Origin: a virus
Taxonomy: Duplodnaviria > Caudoviricetes
Virus record (IMG/VR): IMGVR_UViG_3300011126_000071
Coordinates: 1-54,549 of that record
Direction: 5' to 3' (one strand)
Length of the DNA: 54,549 nucleotides
Part shown: one piece after another, positions 47,622 to 54,549 of the stretch
Layout: every line of letters starts with the position of its first letter
Numbering within the stretch: the first letter of the stretch is position 1
Program-made: the position numbers and the translations under genes
The notes under the pieces: generated by a model
Seen by the model: the letters and a program-made list of their open reading frames with translations, nothing else
The model's database searches: none
What the model was told of the DNA's origin: nothing

Positions 47622-49487
47622 ATGGGTAATATTTCAAATTTTAATGTAAACAAGATTGATATGAGACTTAGTAATTTCGATTACTGGGACTTTTACCTAT
47701 CTGATGGTGATTTCTCTATCGCACCTAAAGATACTATAATATCTGGTGATTGTCTTGTTGCACATTATGATTTTAATAATAATAACATATACGCTAATGA
47801 CACTGCTTATAATTATGAATATACTGACCAATATGGTACATTATTACAACATGGGCAATCTCAATATACAAGTGAATATTCACCAGAATACGGTGATGTT
47901 TTAGGTCTTGTAAGAAATATATACAGCCTTACAACATGGAAAGATGCAACAAATACTGGTTATACTCTTGATACTATTGGTCTTACTGGAATAGATAATG
48001 GTTTACTATCATTTGATAAACAATCTGGTGATACTTCAAACCAAACACTTTTAAATACACTTACTGGAACCACATTATATATCCCTTCTGGAGAAACTAG
48101 ACTTTGTTTAACTGCCGTTAGTGGTATGACTGGAAAATATGAATACCCAGTTGAGATTGTTCCTAGTTTAAAGTTAGAGGGTGATTTCCTAAGGTTATGT
48201 GGTGGTTTCTACCAAGGTTATTATAAATTAGATGGAAATTCATATGAGGTACTACCAAATAGGGTCCCTAAGACATGGACTGCTGAGGTTTGGCTTAGAA
48301 GGCCATGTGGTGGAGGTTATACTAACGAATATTCACATGAATATGGTGTTACTTGCACAGGAGTCACAGGAACGATTTTAAATGATGTTTATACTGGTAA
48401 CACAGGTTTCTTCTTATACTTCGGTACGAGGGCTGAAAATAAGTTCTGGAATATATTTGAAGGTCTTAACACTGGAACAACTTCTGGTTGTACTTCTGGT
48501 CAGACAGAATGGTGTACAATACCAAAAGAAACTGATATCTCAGTAGTTGATGATAATGGAAATATAATTCCACTTTCTCCACCGCCAATAGACCTTATGG
48601 TTACAGATAATAAATTCCTTTTCTTTAGTAGGGCTAAAGCAACTGGTAATAGTGGTTGTAATAGATGTGGTGATGCACATGAAGATGGTGAAACAACTTG
48701 TAGTTGGACTGGTGGTACTCATGGAACTAAAACACTTAGAAGTATTAGAACTAAAGTTACTGATGATAGAAATCCATTCTTAGTTTATAGTAGGGCTTCT
48801 GACACGACAAGTAGTGGTAATTGTGGTAGATGTGGTGGTTCACACCCAGCTGGAGAAACGGTTTGTACATTCTCTGGATTTACAGCACCATTAGAAGAAT
48901 TAGATAGAGATGCTGACTTAATTGACAATGCGTTAGGTTTTAGAATCACACCAGAAGGTGCAATTGGATATAGAAAATTAGTGGTTACCGCTACTTGTGT
49001 AAATAATGTAACAGTAACTGGTTGTTCTGTTGAAGAATCTTATTCTGCTGATGGGGTTATAGATTGTGGTGATTGGAAGATGATATCAATTAGATTTGTG
49101 GCCAATGAAACACTTGATGAATGCGAATTAAAATGGAGACCAGCAAGAAAGGGTAAATTGATGTTCTATGTTAATCGTAGACTTATTCATGTTGTTGATG
49201 AATTCGATGAGTTTATCGCTAGACGTTTAATGGAACACAGTGTTAAACAAGTAGCGGTACCGTATAATATAAGTCTTGGTGGTGGAACACAAGGATTAAT
49301 TGAGTCTATGACATTTGATGGTCAAGACCCAGAAGATATGGGTTCATGTCTACAAAACAACTTCGCTGGTACGTTTATCGGTGATATTTCTCAGTTTAGA
49401 TTTTACATATGTGGGATGAATTACTGTGATATTAAAAATAATTTTGAAAAAGAAAGACAAAGATATGGTTTATCCATAAACGACTAA
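47622..49487 (+). CDS. Cys-rich virion protein with LamG/concanavalin-like domain
   Basis: CLVAHYDFN, WTAEVWLR, KLMFYVN, FAGTFIGDISQFRFY. Confidence 0.7.
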   Translation: MGNISNFNVNKIDMRLSNFDYWDFYLSDGDFSIAPKDTIISGDCLVAHYDFNNNNIYANDTAYNYEYTDQYGTLLQHGQSQYTSEYSPEYGDVLGLVRNIYSLTTWKDATNTGYTLDTIGLTGIDNGLLSFDKQSGDTSNQTLLNTLTGTTLYIPSGETRLCLTAVSGMTGKYEYPVEIVPSLKLEGDFLRLCGGFYQGYYKLDGNSYEVLPNRVPKTWTAEVWLRRPCGGGYTNEYSHEYGVTCTGVTGTILNDVYTGNTGFFLYFGTRAENKFWNIFEGLNTGTTSGCTSGQTEWCTIPKETDISVVDDNGNIIPLSPPPIDLMVTDNKFLFFSRAKATGNSGCNRCGDAHEDGETTCSWTGGTHGTKTLRSIRTKVTDDRNPFLVYSRASDTTSSGNCGRCGGSHPAGETVCTFSGFTAPLEELDRDADLIDNALGFRITPEGAIGYRKLVVTATCVNNVTVTGCSVEESYSADGVIDCGDWKMISIRFVANETLDECELKWRPARKGKLMFYVNRRLIHVVDEFDEFIARRLMEHSVKQVAVPYNISLGGGTQGLIESMTFDGQDPEDMGSCLQNNFAGTFIGDISQFRFYICGMNYCDIKNNFEKERQRYGLSIND

Positions 49488-49495
49488 TATTTATA
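49488..49495 (+). promoter_or_regulatory. Putative late promoter TATTTATA
   Basis: 17 nt before the ATG at 49513. Confidence 0.7.
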
Positions 49496-49512
49496 ATAAA
49501 ACAACTTTAATT

Positions 49513-50064
49513 ATGGCAACAACAGCAACGACTCCTAGTGAATTAATTCTAGCGATAAATTCAACAATTAGGACTAAGGTAACACCTAACAGTATTACCC
49601 CACAAACACATTCTGATTTACTTGATAGTGTCGTAATGGTATTAAGTGCTGACACATACACAACTAGCGGTATTTATGATGCTAATTCATCAATCATAAA
49701 CTTTACAACATCTAATACTGGTGTGACTTATAGTGTTAGTGGAATCACAGATACTGTAATAACTGGTGGTACTTATGATGCTAGTGCATCAACAATTACA
49801 TTTGATAATAATCAAGGTGATAATTTTGGTGTTACTGGTATAACTGTACCGACAACTTATAGTGTTGTGACAACATTAAGTGCTTCAACACCAACACAAG
49901 TAACACATAACTTAAATACCGCTAATATTATGGTCCAAACTTGGGATTCAAATAATGACTTAGTTGATATGTATGTTGGTAAATTTAGTGGTGACACTAA
50001 CAATGTGATAATTGTAGAGTCAACAGTTAGTGACACATTTAGAATAAATATATTAGGATTATAA
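49513..50064 (+). CDS. Putative tail fibre-associated protein
   Basis: Thr-rich, DT.ITGGTY repeats, VTHNLNT.NIMVQTWD motif. Confidence 0.7.
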   Translation: MATTATTPSELILAINSTIRTKVTPNSITPQTHSDLLDSVVMVLSADTYTTSGIYDANSSIINFTTSNTGVTYSVSGITDTVITGGTYDASASTITFDNNQGDNFGVTGITVPTTYSVVTTLSASTPTQVTHNLNTANIMVQTWDSNNDLVDMYVGKFSGDTNNVIIVESTVSDTFRINILGL

Positions 50065-50076
50065 AAATAAGAAACA

Positions 50077-51084
50077 ATGCCAAATAATAAATTAATACTT
50101 AGGGCACTTAATAGTAGTTTCCCAACACCATTCCAAGACATTACACTTGGTAGTGTGTTGAGTCATGCTGATGTGGACAATAACTTCATTTATTTAAAGG
50201 GTGAATTAATTTATACTGGTCAAACTTCTGGAACAACACTTACATTAAATAAAATTAATGGTAATAATGTATCTGTTGATTTAAGTGGGTTGGTTGTTAC
50301 TGGTGGTACTGAAACATACACAAACGCTACACCAATGCCAGTTGCTGTTGGTGGTTGGAGTGCTGGTTCTACATTTAGTAGTCTAACACAAACTCAAATG
50401 TGGGATGGTTTATTATATCCATATCAATACCCAGCAATTACATCATTTAGTAGAAGTGGTTTAAGTGGTGAATATGAAATTGGTGATTCTGTAACTATTG
50501 GCTCTCAGACATTTAGTTGGGTAACATCAAACTCATCTAATGTTGATGATGGGATTGCTGGAAGTATTAGGATTGACGATTTAAATGCAGCATCAACAAT
50601 TGCAGATTCATTAAGTAATACTGGTTCATATGGTGCTACAATAACTAATGCTATATCTTACAATACAATAGGTAGTAGAAGTCTTTATAGGGTTTACGCT
50701 AAGAATACTCAAGGTGGTTCTATTAATTCTACAATATCTAGAACATGGAAAGTTAGATGGTATTATGGAAAAAACGCAAGTGCAAGTATAACAGATGCTC
50801 AAATGACTGGTTTAACTAGTGATTTAGTTACTAGTGTTGTTAATGGTTATGTTAATATACCAGCAACAGTTGGTGGTGAGTACGGGTATTTATGTATACC
50901 TAACACACTTACACAATTAACTGATATTAGAGATTCAGTTGCTGGTTGTTTTGGAACTAATATACCATATACAACTTTAGCAGATAAGACAATAACTAAC
51001 CAATTTGGTGTTAGTGTAACGTATAAGGTTTATAGATTTGTAAACCCAACGGCTGGTAGTGTTAATGCTTGGTTGTGTAATTAA
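50077..51084 (+). CDS. Putative virion structural/fibre protein
   Basis: GSVLSHADVDNNFIYL N-terminal motif and a beta-rich body. Confidence 0.7.
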   Translation: MPNNKLILRALNSSFPTPFQDITLGSVLSHADVDNNFIYLKGELIYTGQTSGTTLTLNKINGNNVSVDLSGLVVTGGTETYTNATPMPVAVGGWSAGSTFSSLTQTQMWDGLLYPYQYPAITSFSRSGLSGEYEIGDSVTIGSQTFSWVTSNSSNVDDGIAGSIRIDDLNAASTIADSLSNTGSYGATITNAISYNTIGSRSLYRVYAKNTQGGSINSTISRTWKVRWYYGKNASASITDAQMTGLTSDLVTSVVNGYVNIPATVGGEYGYLCIPNTLTQLTDIRDSVAGCFGTNIPYTTLADKTITNQFGVSVTYKVYRFVNPTAGSVNAWLCN

Positions 51085-51113
51085 AGATAAGTAAAAGAAA
51101 AAGAAAGAATAAT

Positions 51114-51722
51114 ATGGCAGATTTTGGTCCTTTAGGTGGTGTTAAGATTGGTGGATTTATATCACCATTCGATACTACTGACAGCTATGCGGTAATTGAC
51201 CCACTATACGGTATTGACGGATTAAGAAACGTTGATTTAATAACTGATTTGGATAGTATTCCAGACCAAAGAAGACGTGCGGGTATGATTGTTGGTGTTA
51301 GTGCGGTTACTGGTACAGATTATTATTCGTTATTACCAGCTGGTACAGGGTGGACACATACGATTGCTGATTGGACCCCTTTCGCTGGTTCATCTGGTAG
51401 TACAACATTTAGTGGATTAACCGATACAGTCGTAACGTCACCATCAAATGGAGATTATTTAATTTATTCTGGTGGAAATGTAATTAATATAAGCGAGAAA
51501 GATATTTATTTTACAGCGACCACTAGTGGACAAACAATATTCAATGGTGTATTAACAACAACACCAGTAAATATTGACAAAACACGTATGTTTGTCAATG
51601 GTGTGAAGCAAAGATATGGTGCTAGTCATGATTATATAATCACTGGTGGGACAGACGTAGTTTGGGTGAGTAATAAACATGTAATTGATACGATAGACGA
51701 ATTAGAAATAATTTATATATAA
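51114..51722 (+). CDS. Putative virion structural/fibre protein
   Basis: LDSIPDQRRRAGMIVGV, FSGLTDTVVTSPSNGDYLIY, MFVNGVKQ. Confidence 0.7.
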   Translation: MADFGPLGGVKIGGFISPFDTTDSYAVIDPLYGIDGLRNVDLITDLDSIPDQRRRAGMIVGVSAVTGTDYYSLLPAGTGWTHTIADWTPFAGSSGSTTFSGLTDTVVTSPSNGDYLIYSGGNVINISEKDIYFTATTSGQTIFNGVLTTTPVNIDKTRMFVNGVKQRYGASHDYIITGGTDVVWVSNKHVIDTIDELEIIYI

Positions 51723-51757
51723 CAAATAAAATAACAAAAAAAAACAATTAAAACACA

Positions 51758-52795
51758 ATGAGTAATTTAATTAGAACTAAACAAATAGCGGCTGGGACAA
51801 ATGGACAGGTGCTAACAACAACTGGTGGTGTAACAACATGGGCTAACAATGTAGACCTATATATCACTGGAACAACATTCAACACTGGTAATTATCAATT
51901 ACTTGTTGAAAGAAATGATGGAACAACATTCACTGAGGATTTATCAATCCTTTCTAGTGATATGGTTGTTACAGGAGGTACATATAACATCAACACAGGT
52001 GTTGTAACTTTCACAAATAATAGCGGTGGTACATTCAATGTAACTGGATTCTCAAGTGGAATGACTGATACATACGTTACTGGTGGTACTGTTGCGTACA
52101 TAGATGAAGATGGTACAGCAACGTATACAAAGAATGATGCATCAACATTCCAAGTAACTGGATTTAAAGATACTAACATTACTGGTGGTACATATAGTAA
52201 TGCTACTGGTGATGTAACACTTACAAAGAATGATGGTACTACAGTTGTAGTTGATTTAAGTGCAATGGACTTAAACGATACTTACACAACTGGTACAACA
52301 CTTGTAGGTTCAACACTTTATTTTGATACAACAGATGCACTTTCTGCGTATACTGCTGACTTATCACCATTATTAGATGATACTAACTTCTACGCTACTG
52401 GTGCAACATTGGTTGGTACTACAGCATACTTCGATAGAAATGACACACTTAGTGCATTTACTTTAGATTTATCTGCAATCGACCAAGCAGTTCCAAGTAT
52501 TAGTAATAAGGAAGAAGCGGTTACTGGGACAACTTCTGGTGATGAGGCTAGAACATTCATAACAATGGCAGCAACACCAGCCGCAGATGGTTATGTAGGT
52601 GTATCTGTAAATGGTATTTTATATATCGTTGGTGATGGAGTTAAGACTAAAGATGCTTATTTCTCTGCCGATGGTGGTACAACAGCTAAGGCTATGACAG
52701 CAATCGCATCTGGTGATGAATTGATTTGGAATGGAGTTATTGCTGGTTTTAATTTAGAAACGACTGATAACATTGCTTTATATTACGATTTGTAA
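51758..52795 (+). CDS. Tail fibre-like protein with DTxxTGxT repeats
   Basis: About six repeats of (D)xYVTGGTY...LT.NDG.T..VD.S. Confidence 0.75.
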   Translation: MSNLIRTKQIAAGTNGQVLTTTGGVTTWANNVDLYITGTTFNTGNYQLLVERNDGTTFTEDLSILSSDMVVTGGTYNINTGVVTFTNNSGGTFNVTGFSSGMTDTYVTGGTVAYIDEDGTATYTKNDASTFQVTGFKDTNITGGTYSNATGDVTLTKNDGTTVVVDLSAMDLNDTYTTGTTLVGSTLYFDTTDALSAYTADLSPLLDDTNFYATGATLVGTTAYFDRNDTLSAFTLDLSAIDQAVPSISNKEEAVTGTTSGDEARTFITMAATPAADGYVGVSVNGILYIVGDGVKTKDAYFSADGGTTAKAMTAIASGDELIWNGVIAGFNLETTDNIALYYDL

Positions 52796-52859
52796 TATAA
52801 TATAAACTGATTAAGTTGGGACTTGATTGTTCCACTTAATCCAACTTTAAATAAAAAAC

Positions 52860-53525
52860 ATGAGTAACTTAATTAATGTAAAACAATTAGATAGTGGTGG
52901 TAATGGTCAAATCATTAGTACAAGTGGTAGTGTGGTAACATGGACTGATGCTATCAATGTAACTGGATTCACCTATACCGATACTAATAATACATTAACT
53001 ATTAATGATAGTGTAGGTTCAGTTTATACTGCATACATTAATCAAATGAGTGGTCTTACAATTAATTCAGTTTCAAGTGCTGATGCACTTAAAGTAATTA
53101 CAACTGGGGATTCAAACACACTTACAGTTTATTCTGATGGTACCGTAGGAGTTAAAACAACGGGCTCTACGGCCTTCGACCTTGAAGTTAATGGTACATT
53201 TGGTGCATTATCTAAATCGTTCGTTATACCTCACCAAACAAAGGAAGGTAAGAAATTAGTACATGGTGCAATTGAGGGACCAGAATTTGGTGTTTATTAT
53301 AGAGGTAAGGTTGATGGTGATGTAATAGATTTACCAGACTATTGGGAATGGCTTGTTGATGAAGAAACTATCTCGGTTCAATTAACTGCTGTTGGTGGTA
53401 AGCAAGATTTATTTGTTAAGGAGATTAAAGATAATAAGGTTTATATTAGTAATGGTTCATGTTATTTCACTGTTTATGGTGAAAGAAAAGATATTGATAA
53501 GATTAACTTAATCATAGAAGAATAA
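52860..53525 (+). CDS. Short tail fibre-like protein with putative C-terminal chaperone domain
   Basis: N-terminus paralogous to 51758; LEVNGTFGALSKSFVIPH...LVHGAIEGPE.GVYYRG...LPDYW...VQLT...YGERKD C-terminal domain. Confidence 0.7.
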   Translation: MSNLINVKQLDSGGNGQIISTSGSVVTWTDAINVTGFTYTDTNNTLTINDSVGSVYTAYINQMSGLTINSVSSADALKVITTGDSNTLTVYSDGTVGVKTTGSTAFDLEVNGTFGALSKSFVIPHQTKEGKKLVHGAIEGPEFGVYYRGKVDGDVIDLPDYWEWLVDEETISVQLTAVGGKQDLFVKEIKDNKVYISNGSCYFTVYGERKDIDKINLIIEE

Positions 53526-54241
53526 TGAGTACGGCATTTGGTCACATACCAATTGTGAATGATGGACTTGTGTTCTTTGTTGATACATATAATAATAAGT
53601 CATATGTAAGTGGTGATACTACGACTAATGATTTGGTTAATGACCTTCAATGTTCATTATCTAATGGTGTCGGTTTTAATGATAAGTCATGGACATTTGA
53701 TGGTGTTGATGATTATATAGATACAGATTCTTTACTTCCTGTAATACAGAACGATACACAAGGGACAATAGAGGCTTGGGTTAAAATGAATGATGCATCT
53801 GCATCAAATATAACTACAATATTTGGAATTGGGGATGCTAATGTTGATACTTATATCAATTATAGAGTACAAAGTAATGGGACATTAGTGGGTGTATGTC
53901 GTTTTCAAAGTACAGTACAATGGAGTTTAGTTAGTAATAGTTCTTCATTTAATGATAACGAATGGGTACATGTTGTCATAACCCAAAATGCGATAACACC
54001 CAAAATGTATATAAATGGAGAACTAGTTTCATCCCCAAGTGTTACTTTAGATACAACAAGGTGGATTGGTGATTTTCCTCTACTTGACACTATAAGAATC
54101 GGTTGTACAAGGGCAAATATTGGTGGTCCTAACGTTTGGTTTTGGGATGGTGATATATCAAATGTTAAATATTACAATAGACCATTATCAGCAGAAGAAA
54201 TAAAACAGAATTATAACGCATTAAAATGGAGATTTAAATAG
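53525..54241 (+). CDS. LamG/concanavalin A-like lectin-fold protein
   Basis: IVNDGLVFFVD, FDGVDDY, TIEAWVK, WVHVV, MYING, GDISNVKYYNRPLSAEEIKQNYNA. Confidence 0.9.
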   Translation: MSTAFGHIPIVNDGLVFFVDTYNNKSYVSGDTTTNDLVNDLQCSLSNGVGFNDKSWTFDGVDDYIDTDSLLPVIQNDTQGTIEAWVKMNDASASNITTIFGIGDANVDTYINYRVQSNGTLVGVCRFQSTVQWSLVSNSSSFNDNEWVHVVITQNAITPKMYINGELVSSPSVTLDTTRWIGDFPLLDTIRIGCTRANIGGPNVWFWDGDISNVKYYNRPLSAEEIKQNYNALKWRFK

Positions 54242-54242
54242 T

Positions 54243-54549
54243 ATGGGGTTTAATACAAAAATACCGATTGTAAATGATGGACTTGCGTTCTCTATTGATG
54301 CGTATAATAGGAAATCTTATGTAAGTGGTGACACATTAACTTATGACCTATCATATAATGATGTGAGTTATGGAACTTTAATTAATGGTGTCGGGTTTAA
54401 TAATAACACATGGACATTTGATGGAGTTAATGATTATATAGATTTTGGAACTAACGGTATATTAGATGGATAACTTAATTGGTCAATTGATGTATGGTTT
54501 AATCCCAATACTAATCCCGATGGTACAATATTTGTCGCAAGAGATTTAA
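54243..54549 (+). pseudogene. Second LamG-fold paralogue interrupted by an in-frame TAA at 54471-54473; runs off the window end
   Basis: IVNDGLAFSID...FDGVNDYIDFG...ILDG*LNWSIDVWFNPN: LamG-like sequence continues in the same frame after the stop. Confidence 0.65.

Noticed and set aside
1083-54090. Many short opposite-strand or alternate-frame ORFs in the track (e.g. 2396-2776, 9991-10347, 12973-13449, 17095-17433, 45164-45475)
   Set aside because: They lie inside well-supported genes and have the Ser/Phe/Leu- or His-rich composition typical of shadow ORFs of acidic or repetitive proteins.
53525-54473. Diversity-generating retroelement template/variable pair between the two LamG genes
   Set aside because: The similarity covers the N-termini, differences are not confined to adenines, and no reverse transcriptase is in the window. 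Ordinary paralogy explains it.
1-54549. Alternative genetic code (TAG or TGA recoding), as in some Bacteroidota phages
   Set aside because: Conserved genes are full length in the standard bacterial code and end properly at TAG (capsid, PAS) or TGA (thyA). The only interrupting stop seen is a single TAA.
1-54549. tRNA genes, CRISPR arrays, introns/inteins or transposases
   Set aside because: Intergenic gaps are short and show no cloverleaf or repeat-spacer pattern by eye; terL, portal and capsid show no intein-sized inserts. tRNAscan-SE and Infernal would be needed to confirm.

Overview
This AT-rich window is part of a large tailed dsDNA phage genome (T4-like head genes, probably a jumbo myovirus). 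No tRNA, CRISPR array or mobile element was recognised. The host is probably a Bacteroidota bacterium: several TTG-N20-TAnnTTTG promoters are present, and leaders are A-rich with no Shine-Dalgarno sequence. Layout: (i) 3' end of thyA; (ii) + strand head module with acidic putative internal head proteins, large terminase, portal, prohead protease, scaffold and major capsid protein, plus a TM/coiled-coil and PAS-domain gene pair; (iii) - strand block with small host-promoter genes, baseplate/virion genes and a gp55-like sigma factor; (iv) an ~18 kb - strand sugar-modification island (gmd, DegT-type aminotransferase, four fucosyltransferase-like genes, GT2/GT4, acetyl- and methyltransferases) mixed with phoH, dut and HD/HAD proteins; (v) more putative internal head proteins, one with a WYL-like domain; (vi) a + strand tail-fibre/adhesin array. 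Main items not in the ORF track: a 21-aa, 9-Cys metallothionein-like peptide gene (17814-17879), a likely -1 frameshift on an A10 run joining two head proteins, a late-promoter-like motif TATTTATA (the reverse complement of the T4 late promoter), and a candidate three-way-junction leader RNA. All family calls come from motifs recognised by eye; no searches were run.
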